Below are positions 28,362 through 37,450 of a stretch of DNA of 64,000 bases, in pieces (positions within the stretch are counted from its first letter, which is position 1; each line of letters begins with the position of its first letter). The stretch lies in assembly GCA_963845665.1 (NCBI GenBank), contig CAWJTA010000002.1, positions 1,251,388 through 1,315,387 on the forward strand, given 5' to 3'. Source of the stretch: an uncultured Verrucomicrobiae bacterium (lineage in GTDB: Bacteria > Verrucomicrobiota > Verrucomicrobiia > Limisphaerales > UBA11358). The translations under genes were made by a program, and so were the position numbers. The notes below the pieces were generated by a model. It was not told the DNA's origin and did not search any database. It was given only the letters and a program-made list of their open reading frames with translations.

Positions 28362-31358
28362 TTACTGGACCTGCACCCGGTAAAACCGTTGCGCCCCACC
28401 GGTCGTGCTGTCGGTCACCGTCTTAACCGTTCCATCGCCAGTAATGCCGCTGCTCAATACTTTCCAATTGGGCGCGTTTAAGCTGGTGCTGTAATACACC
28501 GTGTAACTGTGACCGCTCTGGGTGGGAATTTTGATTGAAACCGTGCTCCCACTGACCGATACGCTGATGGACAACGATGGTGAGGAAGCCACAAACATGT
28601 AGAAATGGCTGTTGAGGCTTCCAGTGGCCGACCCCGATGGAGCGGTCACCTTGAGTGTCTCAACCCCACCCAGGGAAAGCAGCACAGGCTGGCCATTAGC
28701 GCCCGTCAGCGGTACCCAGTGCCAGGCTTGGAATCCGCTGGCGCTGGAGTCCGCGAAGGCGCCCAACTGTTGCGTCGTTTGACTGGATGTGCCCCGCGTT
28801 GCCGGCGACACAAGACTCATCGTCGCATTGGTATATACGGCGGCGCTCGCCAGCCGGCCCCAGACACGATACGTGTTCGTCGGAAACGTGCGTGTGTAAT
28901 TGAACCACGTTTCGGGCGGCCACCAACCCACGTCATAGTCGGCGTTGGTCGTCCCAAGAGACTCGTTGGAAACCTGGCCGGTGTTGATGAACTTATTACG
29001 CAGAAAGTCAGAGGTCACTTCCGTGCCGGCGGCATCGGAAACGATCGCTGGAGTGTTGCCATCTACCCGGTAGAGGTACGTTTCGGCATCGGTCACGTTG
29101 GTAGCGGTATAATCTATACCGTACTCGGCTGAGTAGTTGTCATTGCCGCCAGGATAGTAGGAATAGCTGTTGGTATCCAGCACCCCCGTCACGCTCGTGC
29201 CGCCGGTTTCAATCGGATTGTCAATCCATTGGCCCCCATTAAAATCGAAGTCTCCCGCTTCGATCATAAGGTTATTCTGACTAAACGTATCAAAGGTCCC
29301 CGAAATGCTGTTGGACAATCCATTGTTATCCACGGCGCTGATCGCGTAACTCTGATTATTTTGATTGGCCGGCACTGTTAACGGAACACTCACCGACCAA
29401 TTCGTGCCGTTGCCAGTGAAGACTTCCGGAACCGAAACCCCGTTAAAATACGTATGGATATTGTTTGTCGCAAGGGTGCTGGTGAGGGAGCTGACCGTGA
29501 AGGTTACGTTTGGAGCGCTAACGAACACGGTTTGCGTCGAGAACGGTTTTACGTTTGTGATCACTGGAGGAAGCCCGCTTGTAACCGGAACAAACATGAA
29601 ATCAATCACATTTTCACCGCCGCCGCTGAGCAACTGCAACGTTTGCCGGCCCGGCGGCAAGTTCACCAAAGCGAGATTGCCGTAACTGTCCGTCAAAGGT
29701 ATCCACGAGTAAGCGTTCCAGTCTGTGCCATTTTGCAGGGTAAATTGTCCAAGCTCATTGGTCGACTGCTCGGCTGTCTGATAGCCATTGGTCACAATGT
29801 TGAGGTATTCCACGCCGTAACCCTGTCCACCGGAAATGCGCGCATAGACAAGGTAATTGCCGGATGGATAAGGGTCCCTGGTGTAATTTAACCAATTGCC
29901 AGGTATATTGTACGACAAATTTACATTATAAACAGCCGGATTGTTGGCGGCACTGTAGGCTGGCAACTGGAGATCGGTGGATTGCTGGAACGCAACATTA
30001 TAATCTGTTCGATTCGGATAAGTCACCGGAGCGGTTCCACCGTCGTTAACCGATGCGACCGCATTCTGGTCAACACCCAAAGTACCCGCTGTTCCCCAAT
30101 AGCTATTCGGACCGGGTGTCGAAGTGGGAATCGGATTTTGAATAAACAGGCCATTGGTAAAATCGTAATCTTCCACTTCCACGATGAAATAATTCGAACT
30201 GAACGTATCAAAACTGGCGCTGGCGTCGGAAACCAGACCCGCGCTATTGGTGACGGCGATGCTGATGTTATAAAGCGCGTTTGACGTTATATTCGGTAAA
30301 GTGACGCTCAAGGCCGTCGGGCTGCCGCTGAATTGCAAATTTGCCGATTGGTTCTGCCCGTTGACTATTACTGCTACTCCGCTGTTGGGATTCGTGGGCA
30401 AAGGCGCTCCGCCGGACGCGGACGAGGTAACAGTAAATGTAAAATTAGTGGATGATATGTTGAAAAAATGCGAGCCGTTGGGAGAAATATTGCCGATGAC
30501 CGACGCGCCTGGCCCGCCTGCCAGATTCAGCGAGCAATTATCCCAATAAGCGGCCCCAGACTCATATTGCGCCTGGGACAACCCGAGCCGGTATTGGACA
30601 TATTTCGTCCCAGGAGGCGCAACCATATATTGGCCGCTTCCCAGCGTATTTGTGACTGACTCGGTAGCCGGGTCAATGTTCGCGTTAAAACCGCCTATGG
30701 TGCTCACGTCATATTGATTCGTGACCTGGCAATTCAGCCATGCCAGATTAATATCATAATTCGTAGTGCCGGTGGTCGTGTTCACATTGAAGGCTGAATA
30801 ATTTGTCACTACCGCACCGCTGCTGATCAATGAACTTTCATACGCCGGAGTAATGATGGTCGACTTATAGTCTGCCAAAACATTATTGTTTCCATCAAGA
30901 AACATAACTTCAACCCATCCATCTTCTTCTCCGGATGAATCAGAGCCAAAGAGTCCGGATGAATAATATGGACCGCCGACATCCAGGGTGTTGCCGACAT
31001 CGCCCCCTTCAGCGGTTATATCCGCAACATACTGGGAAAAAAAGGCGTTTGCCGTAAATGTCGAGCCCGGGGCGCAGGCCACTGTCTGATAGGTATACAT
31101 GTTGTAGTGAGCCGGAGCGCCACCGTTACCATACAAACCCTGCATCCACAAAGAATCGGAGTCCCCGGGATAGACGAGCGCAGTGCTCTGGTTCATGCTC
31201 CAGCTTTCAGTGCTGAACGCTGTCCAACTCCCGGCTGAAAAAATCGGAGTGGTTCCAAAATTGGAATTGTTGAGAACGTTGCCGGCAAAGGCAATGTCGG
31301 CCGCCATAGCACTCGCGCACAGGAATGCGCTAATTCTTAATGAGAAGCGTGTGTTCAT
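28362..31358 (-). CDS. 998-aa secreted multidomain protein: N-terminal CBM-like jelly-roll, Ig-like repeats, two internally duplicated CBM6/35-like modules, C-terminal FYRV module
   Basis: Signal peptide MNTRFSLRISAFLCASAMA. Duplicated segments are FIVEVEDYDFTNGLF...WLNYTRDPYPSGNYLVYARI and LMIEAGDFDFNGGQW...WFNYTRTFPTNTYRVWGRL. The protein ends RFYRVQVQ. Confidence 0.75.
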   Translation of the reverse strand: MNTRFSLRISAFLCASAMAADIAFAGNVLNNSNFGTTPIFSAGSWTAFSTESWSMNQSTALVYPGDSDSLWMQGLYGNGGAPAHYNMYTYQTVACAPGSTFTANAFFSQYVADITAEGGDVGNTLDVGGPYYSSGLFGSDSSGEEDGWVEVMFLDGNNNVLADYKSTIITPAYESSLISSGAVVTNYSAFNVNTTTGTTNYDINLAWLNCQVTNQYDVSTIGGFNANIDPATESVTNTLGSGQYMVAPPGTKYVQYRLGLSQAQYESGAAYWDNCSLNLAGGPGASVIGNISPNGSHFFNISSTNFTFTVTSSASGGAPLPTNPNSGVAVIVNGQNQSANLQFSGSPTALSVTLPNITSNALYNISIAVTNSAGLVSDASASFDTFSSNYFIVEVEDYDFTNGLFIQNPIPTSTPGPNSYWGTAGTLGVDQNAVASVNDGGTAPVTYPNRTDYNVAFQQSTDLQLPAYSAANNPAVYNVNLSYNIPGNWLNYTRDPYPSGNYLVYARISGGQGYGVEYLNIVTNGYQTAEQSTNELGQFTLQNGTDWNAYSWIPLTDSYGNLALVNLPPGRQTLQLLSGGGENVIDFMFVPVTSGLPPVITNVKPFSTQTVFVSAPNVTFTVSSLTSTLATNNIHTYFNGVSVPEVFTGNGTNWSVSVPLTVPANQNNQSYAISAVDNNGLSNSISGTFDTFSQNNLMIEAGDFDFNGGQWIDNPIETGGTSVTGVLDTNSYSYYPGGNDNYSAEYGIDYTATNVTDAETYLYRVDGNTPAIVSDAAGTEVTSDFLRNKFINTGQVSNESLGTTNADYDVGWWPPETWFNYTRTFPTNTYRVWGRLASAAVYTNATMSLVSPATRGTSSQTTQQLGAFADSSASGFQAWHWVPLTGANGQPVLLSLGGVETLKVTAPSGSATGSLNSHFYMFVASSPSLSISVSVSGSTVSIKIPTQSGHSYTVYYSTSLNAPNWKVLSSGITGDGTVKTVTDSTTGGAQRFYRVQVQ

Positions 31359-31797
31359 ACGGGTTTTTGATTTTTAGTTTGTCTTCGGTCCGAATAGCGC
31401 CGCAGAAAAAACCGAAGCAGCCGCGACGTTGATGATTAGGGATTTGAAGGGAAGTTTCATAACGTTGAACAAGGTTTAATTCTTTTTCATCACGATTTCT
31501 CGTTGGTGGATTTGTAGTATTTTATATCACGACATGGCGATTGCGTCAACCGTTATTTGAACTTTTTCCAGCGCGGCGCTGGATTGATGCAAGGCATTTA
31601 TGATAAGAGACTTAAGTCGTGACGCGATTCTCGAAGATAAGTCTGTGGATTAAAATAATTATGCCACAACCGTAACGCATATGCAAATCCTTTGAAAATT
31701 CAAAGGCATTACCGAAGGGTTTTGGCTGAAATTCCCGACTCCTCCGCAGCTAACCTCCCAAAAACATCGAGCCGTCCGCTGTCACACAATTTTAACC

Positions 31798-31815
31798 ATT
31801 TCGTCCGAACGAAAT
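31798..31815 (-). terminator. Hairpin immediately after the hisF stop
   Basis: ATTTCGT / CCGA / ACGAAAT. No clean U-tract follows it, so the call is weak. Confidence 0.35.
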
Positions 31816-32616
31816 TTACGGAGATGGTCTAATAATACGAACGGGAATATTTTGGCCGGCCAAAAACTGTTTTACGTCGGCCACGGTGTAATTGCCAAAA
31901 TGGAAAATGCTCGCAGCCAGGACGGCGTCAGCCTTGCCCTCGATGAGGACTTCGGCCATGTGCTCGAGCGTGCCCGCGCCGCCGCTGGCTACGACCGGCA
32001 CACCCACCGATTCGCTGACACGCCGGGTAATGGCCAGGTCAAAGCCGGCCTTGGTGCCATCCGCATCAATCGAGTTCAAAACAATCTCTCCGGCGCCCAG
32101 TGCGACGGCTTTGCGCGCCCAGTCCACAGCATCCAGGCCCATAGCCTTTCGGCCGCCGTGAGAGAAGACCTCCCATTTATCGGGCGCGACCCGCTTGGCG
32201 TCTATAGAAACCACGATGCACTGGCTTCCGAATTTTTCCGCTCCAGCCCGGATCAAATCCGGGTTGGCCAATGCGGAGGAATTGATGCTGATTTTGTCTG
32301 CCCCGGCCCGCAACATCGTGAACATATCCTCCACCGATTTGATGCCGCCGCCCACGGTCAAAGGCATAAAACATTCATTGGCGGCCCGTTCAATGACATC
32401 CACCATGGTAGCGCGCCCATGAGCGCTGGCCGTGATATCGAAGAAAACCATTTCATCGGCGCCCTGTTCATTATAGCGCATCGCCAATTCCACCGGGTCA
32501 CCCACGTTACGCAATTCCCCGGCCTCGGCCTTGCCAAATCGAACGCCACGCGTGACCTGACCGTCATGGACGTCCAGGCACGGAATAACTCGTTTTGCAA
32601 TCACCATGACATTCAA
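31816..32616 (-). CDS. hisF: Imidazole glycerol phosphate synthase, cyclase subunit
   Basis: 266 aa with [26 protein letters not shown] and VVASGGAG, the canonical HisF (beta/alpha)8 motifs. No other his genes are adjacent. Confidence 0.9.
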   Translation of the reverse strand: MNVMVIAKRVIPCLDVHDGQVTRGVRFGKAEAGELRNVGDPVELAMRYNEQGADEMVFFDITASAHGRATMVDVIERAANECFMPLTVGGGIKSVEDMFTMLRAGADKISINSSALANPDLIRAGAEKFGSQCIVVSIDAKRVAPDKWEVFSHGGRKAMGLDAVDWARKAVALGAGEIVLNSIDADGTKAGFDLAITRRVSESVGVPVVASGGAGTLEHMAEVLIEGKADAVLAASIFHFGNYTVADVKQFLAGQNIPVRIIRPSP

Positions 32617-33480
32617 AACGCAATGCCGGATAAAGCAAAGGAAAATGATTCAATGTGTCCCAACGGCCAGGGATTGCTCAACGCCAAGCGAAACTTATCA
32701 TTGTATGTCACTGCGCCCGTGAGCCTTTTCAAAAAACGCGAAAAACGGCGTTTTGCAATGTCCGGCATACGAATTGCTAATAATTCCGCAACCTATGAAC
32801 ACTGATTCGGCATTTGTACCTGAGGAGTCGCTCCTTCCATCGCTCTTTCGAACTGGGAACCGTTCGGATGGCCAGTCTGACACCGCAACGGCAACCACGA
32901 CCCGCAGCACGCCGGGCGAAATCATGCTGGATCCCAAAAGACTCGAAGCAATTTTGAAAGCCGTCGGCAAACGAAAACGCTGCCCCTCCCGCCGATCGTA
33001 GCGCAGGCACCCACGCCTGCGGATTATGGCAGCGTCCTCGCCGCCAGTCGATAACGACTGCGCTACACAACCTTCCCCCCAGTCCTTCCCTTGACAACTT
33101 CTTTCCCCGCTTGCCAACTTGTGAATTGCCCGTTGTAACGAAGGCCAAACGCCGCATCGCCCTCTATCCATTTACGTTCTTTCACACATTTTTTCTGTAT
33201 ATGTAAGTAAACCAGTAAACGGGCTCAGAAAAACGGTCAAAAGGTACGTTTTTATTGAGAAATCTCCGACTTCATGGGGTGTAAATGGACCAGAATTGGA
33301 TTCATGGATTCTGGATCATCCGCCGTCGCTCGGAAGCTTCCACCTTCGCCGAGCTACGGCGCGACAAGTTGGCGCGGCAAGTTGGATTGTTGGGCGCCCA
33401 GAATTGAGAGTGAGAGCTACAATGACGATGAGGATGACGAAACAGAGACTGGCACCGGGGACGGTGGTGGCACCGCCACC

Positions 33481-33520
33481 GGCGACTGAACCGGCAGGCG
33501 GACGCCTGCCCCTACGGCCG
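33481..33520. repeat. REP-like hairpin repeat, copy 1 (GGCGAC..AACCGGCAGGC-N4-GCCTGCCCCTACGGC)
   Basis: A direct match to copy 2 at 34042-34080. It contains the GGCAGGC/GCCTGCC stem. Confidence 0.6.
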
Positions 33521-33770
33521 GTTCGTTTAATCAAAAAGGGTGTGTCAGGGATTTGCGATTTAATGGGGGTATATGAAAAGCTAAACAGGTTTGTTTGGGG
33601 GCTAATCAAACGTTGGATTATTTGCGGCCAGGAAGGTTTCATGTAAACGAGTCGTCTGGAATTTTTTGGGTCAAAATTGGGTTTGAAATAGGATTTGTTT
33701 AGGTTTCGCTAATCGGGCGGCTTGCGCCGCGGCCATTGGTTGAAGCGGTGGCAGCGCCACTGGCGATAAG

Positions 33771-33790
33771 GAGTTGAAACGTTGAAACGG
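33771..33790. repeat. TTCAAC-rich repeat (copy b, inverted orientation)
   Basis: gaGTTGAAACGTTGAAACgg is the reverse complement of CGTTTCAACGTTTCAAC. Confidence 0.5.
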
Positions 33791-34041
33791 CCAAACGCTC
33801 CGGAGTCCAGCGAGTTGAAGTGGGGGGACAGGACATACGGGACCGATGGAGCGAATTTCGTTCGCCGCATGCTCTTGCCATTGTCTGCCTACCCTTGCAT
33901 TTTTTCTGTAGAGGGGGTGCAACTGGAAACGAAACCAAGAAAAGGGTCAATTTACCCAGTTTTGTTGGCAAGTCTGAAGGTTTCCTCGGAAATGAACGGT
34001 AGTAGCAGTGGTAGCACCACTTACATACACTTGCACTCACT

Positions 34042-34080
34042 GGCGACCAAACCGGCAGGCCGGAGGCCTGCCCTACGGCT
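34042..34080. repeat. REP-like hairpin repeat, copy 2
   Basis: GGCGACCAAACCGGCAGGCCGGAGGCCTGCCCTACGGCT, in the same orientation as copy 1. Confidence 0.6.
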
Positions 34081-34266
34081 GCGGCACATTTCATTTATAT
34101 AGGATGCGCAACGCGCAACGAAATTTGTTTTTAGGGCAAAATTTGCGAATTTATTGGAGTTTTTGAGGGTTTTGGCGATGCCAGTACGCAACGAGGCGGG
34201 CTTCGTCCCGCGATGCTGGATGAGGGGCGGATCAGGTACGACACTTACGATGTCGCTGCACTTGTA

Positions 34267-34320
34267 CTGTTAAGAAGGTGCTTTGCCTGACGCTCGCGCA
34301 AGATGTGAATATGCTGACAT
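34267..34320. repeat. ~54-nt direct repeat, copy A (CTGTTAAGAAGGTGCTTTGCCTGACGCT...)
   Basis: Aligns with copy B at 34421-34475. The first 28 nt match at 24/28. Confidence 0.55.
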
Positions 34321-34420
34321 AAAGTTTTAGGGTGTTATCCCGTGCCTGCGGGATTACATTGTTGAATTGCAATTAGTTAAGGTGTTACACGCCCCGTTAC
34401 AACCTGGCCGTGGCCTTGCC

Positions 34421-34475
34421 CTGTCAAGAAGGTCCTTGGCGTGACGCTTACAAATGAGCGCACATGCGCTCACAA
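34421..34475. repeat. ~54-nt direct repeat, copy B, containing the perfect palindrome TGAGCGC-ACAT-GCGCTCA (34455-34472)
   Basis: CTGTCAAGAAGGTCCTTGGCGTGACGCT..., read directly from the sequence. Confidence 0.55.
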
Positions 34476-34520
34476 ACGCCCCCCCCCCTTAACGGACAGT
34501 TTCCAGTGCGTTTAAGCGCC

Positions 34521-35231
34521 TTAATTTACACTGTTAGTGCTCAAAAGCCACAGATTCGTGGTCGCAAAAACAACAGTATGTTCATTATCCGCATTGACTG
34601 ATAGTTCCCATGGGAGGTAGCCGTTCTCGTAGTGATTTTGTTGCCACGATACCGCGAAATCAGGCCTTCCTTTACCAAAAACGATTATTACTGCAGTGAG
34701 ACTATTAGTGCCCATCGGCTGATGCTTGGCCACATTAATTTTTGTAGAGTTGAGATCGAGCAATGCAGTCGGTAAGGACTTGTCATCTCCATTCAAAACC
34801 CACCAATCTGAAGTGCTATTAGTAAGCGAAAGAAGGATGTCGCATCCGTTGGCAATCTCACTGTAATATTTCTTGTCATGTTTGGAAAAGTTATGGTACT
34901 GCGACCGCAAATCTGGATAGGCCGTAACAAATGCAACGCAAACCAGCAATGCATAGAAGACTGTAGTTGCGACTGCCATGAACAATGGTGACAAGCGCCG
35001 GATTCCGATTGTAAAGCAAGCTGCCAAGAGCGGAAATTGGACGCACGCTATGGGAATTAAAACGTCAAAATCGCTGATTTTACAAATGACCACAATTGGA
35101 AACCAAAGCACAAGGTGCATCGTCGGCCAAACCTTCAATCCGAACGTCTCCGACATACCTGCAAGCGTTGCAGCGATTGCAACGCCAAAAGCTATAACCG
35201 TGTAGTTCCGATGCGAAATTTTATTTTTCAC
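34521..35231 (-). CDS. Low-GC hypothetical membrane protein (4 predicted TM helices + soluble C-terminal domain)
   Basis: 236-aa ORF. It is visibly more AT-rich (about 40-45% GC by eye) than its neighbours. I recognised no family. Confidence 0.5.
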   Translation of the reverse strand: MKNKISHRNYTVIAFGVAIAATLAGMSETFGLKVWPTMHLVLWFPIVVICKISDFDVLIPIACVQFPLLAACFTIGIRRLSPLFMAVATTVFYALLVCVAFVTAYPDLRSQYHNFSKHDKKYYSEIANGCDILLSLTNSTSDWWVLNGDDKSLPTALLDLNSTKINVAKHQPMGTNSLTAVIIVFGKGRPDFAVSWQQNHYENGYLPWELSVNADNEHTVVFATTNLWLLSTNSVN

Positions 35232-35311
35232 AGGCCAAGAGCATCTGTCGTGACAGTAACGTCCAGAAAGGGGTCAGAGATGCATAATGTAATATTCCTT
35301 TTCACAGGGCA

Positions 35312-35677
35312 TCATGTTTTGCTTGTCGCACGGACGGCATTGGCCGCAGCTCGCCAATTCCCCATCGACAAACGGTTCGCTATCCATTCCCACGTCATCG
35401 TTGTTTCCTTTCGCAGTTGTTTTGCCATTGTGACTTTTATTTTATCTCCCTTCAGCCGCCGCCGCAATTCCTCCTCTCCCCATTTCCGTCGCCGCAGCAT
35501 TTGTCCCAGCGACCGCTCTGCCCTTTGTTCATCCGATTCCCGCAGTTCCTCGCCGTAATGGCAACCCGCCTTCGCGTCACCGATCATCTCCAAAAGCTCC
35601 TTACGGAATTCCTTCGGCCCAAAGCACCAACCCCGCCTCAGCCGTTGCCAATCGCCTGTCTTTTTGCTCCATTCCAA
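35312..35677 (-). pseudogene. C-terminal fragment of a Y1 (IS200/REP-associated-like) transposase-family protein with DnaA-C-like HTH tail; catalytic N-terminus missing
   Basis: RGWCFGPKEFRKELLEMI...HYGEELRESDEQRAERSL...RRRLKGDKIKVTMAKQLRKETTMTWEWIANRLSMG matches, from memory, the conserved C-terminal ~120 aa of ~330-aa transposase-annotated proteins common in PVC genomes. The frame opens only 4 codons upstream of the TTG start, directly after a stop. Confidence 0.5.
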
Positions 35678-35769
35678 TTCCTTGTGGTTTCAATTTCACC
35701 CTCATCTCATCAGAGGCGGAGGTCTTTTTCACCTCATTTTAAAATCCTGTTTTGGACAGTAGTGATGTA

Positions 35770-36205
35770 GGGTTCTTCGCTGTTTTCAGTGGGAGGGCCA
35801 CCATTGAAAGCTCCGGAGGAGCGCAATATTTGTAGTACACGCCGCGTATTAGAAAATTCCAAGCTCCGGAGGAGCGGGATATTCTGACCATCAATCGCCA
35901 ACAAATTTGAAGATATAGTGCTGGTCATACCCAACTTAAAATTTGTCAATCATTTGCAAACGTTCGGAGCGGAACGATTTTTAGCGCGATGTTGTGGCTG
36001 GTTTTGGACGGATATAAATTTGTATGTACGTATATGCCATGCCCCGAATATGTCGCTCCTCCGGAGCTCGAGAAATATTTTTCGGGCCTTTGTACTACAA
36101 AGATTACGGTCCTCTGGACCTTATCGTAAGCACGCGCGCCGTCGTTTAAAGACTATTGGCGAAGTTGGCGCTTGAATCCATTCCACTGAAAACAGCGGAG
36201 AACCC
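35770..36205. mobile_element. 436-bp non-coding element bounded by 23-bp terminal inverted repeats (MITE-like / long hairpin)
   Basis: The left end GGGTTCTTCGCTGTTTTCAGTGG (35770-35792) and the right end CCACTGAAAACAGCGGAGAACCC (36183-36205) are complementary at 22/23. The interior carries three copies of the palindromic AGCTCCGGAGGAGCG unit, two direct and one inverted. Confidence 0.55.
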
Positions 36206-36352
36206 AATGTAGCACCCTAAATTATTGGTAATAAAGGATGTAGCACGTGTAGCACCCTTTACGACTTCAGATCAGCATATATCGTCGTTCGGGGATGCTC
36301 ATCAATTCCAAATTACGAATCTTTTGCGTTCTTTTCCGGCTAAATAGACCTA

Positions 36353-37450
36353 TCAGCAAATCCGCGGCAATTGTTCCCCTGAAAGCATGTCCACCAAACG
36401 CGTACCGCCTACACGCGTCCTCATCGTCACCATACCCGGATGCGCGTTCACGACTTCGCCAATCATCGCGGCGTTTCGGCCTAAGGGATGCGCCTGCATG
36501 ACCGATAATACCGCGTCGGCGTCTTTGGCCGAAACGATGGCCAATAGTTTGCCTTCATTGGCGACGTACAACGGGTCAAGCCCAAGAATCTCACACGCTG
36601 CCTGGACTTGCTCGGAGACAGGAATGCGCGCTTCATCCAGCCGAATTCCAACGTTTGCCGCTTCGGCAATTTCAACGAGCGTACTGGCAACGCCTCCACG
36701 AGTCGGGTCACGCAAGACGTGAATGTCTTTGACGACGGAAAGAATTGAGTCAACCAATCCATTCAATGGCACGGTGTCGCTCAGAATTTCCGTTTCAAAT
36801 TCCAGTCCTTCGCGCACCGACATGATCGCCATTCCATGGGCAGCAATCTCGCCATTGATAATCACCTGGTCGCCAATTTGTGCGCGGCGCGGGTTAATTT
36901 CCACGCCGGGTTCTATAATGCCGATGCCGGATGTATTGATAAATATCTGGTCGCCTTTGCCTCGGTCCACGACTTTTGTGTCGCCGGTGACACATGCGAC
37001 GCCCGCTTTTGCAGCGGCGCCCTGCATGGAGGCTACGACGCGCCGGAAATCGTCCATGCTCAAGCCTTCTTCGAGAATGAACGCGGCGGAAAGATAAACG
37101 GGGCGGGCGCCGCACATCGCCAGGTCGTTGACGGTGCCGTGAACAGCCAGCTTGCCGATATCCCCGCCGGGAAAAAAAATCGGCTTTACCACAAACGAAT
37201 CTGTACTGAAAGCAAACCGAGTCCCGCCCACGGAGAATATCGCGCCGTCATGCAGCAAATCCAGCAGCGGGTTTTTGAATCGGGGCAAAATTTCCTGTTC
37301 AATGAGCCGATGGGTCAATTTGCCCCCGCTGCCGTGAGCCAGCACGATTTCCTTACGAACGGATATAGGGACCGGACACGCGCCGGTAAACTCAACGGCT
37401 TTATCGGCGCCGACGCTCTCTTCCGCGGTTGGATTTTCAGATAACATCAT
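36353..37450 (-). CDS. hypE: Hydrogenase maturation protein HypE (carbamoyl dehydratase)
   Basis: 365 aa with an AIR-synthase-like fold and the hallmark C-terminus GEQLPRIC. Confidence 0.9.
   Translation of the reverse strand: MMLSENPTAEESVGADKAVEFTGACPVPISVRKEIVLAHGSGGKLTHRLIEQEILPRFKNPLLDLLHDGAIFSVGGTRFAFSTDSFVVKPIFFPGGDIGKLAVHGTVNDLAMCGARPVYLSAAFILEEGLSMDDFRRVVASMQGAAAKAGVACVTGDTKVVDRGKGDQIFINTSGIGIIEPGVEINPRRAQIGDQVIINGEIAAHGMAIMSVREGLEFETEILSDTVPLNGLVDSILSVVKDIHVLRDPTRGGVASTLVEIAEAANVGIRLDEARIPVSEQVQAACEILGLDPLYVANEGKLLAIVSAKDADAVLSVMQAHPLGRNAAMIGEVVNAHPGMVTMRTRVGGTRLVDMLSGEQLPRIC

Noticed and set aside
33274-34102. Several 60-130-aa ORFs on both strands in the repeat tract (for example 33296..33646, 33699..34094, 33782..34102)
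   Set aside because: They overlap each other on both strands. They are composed of translated REP-like repeats (…SYGATSW…, …GQASGLPV…, …DRTYGTDGA…) and have no start-site signals.
34260-34520. Integron attC sites or a gene cassette boundary flanking the low-GC ORF
   Set aside because: GTTAAGG/TTAGGGT only loosely resemble the GTTRRRY core. I could not pair R''/L''-L'/R' boxes into the required imperfect palindrome, and no intI gene is in the window. The repeats are kept only as unexplained repeats.
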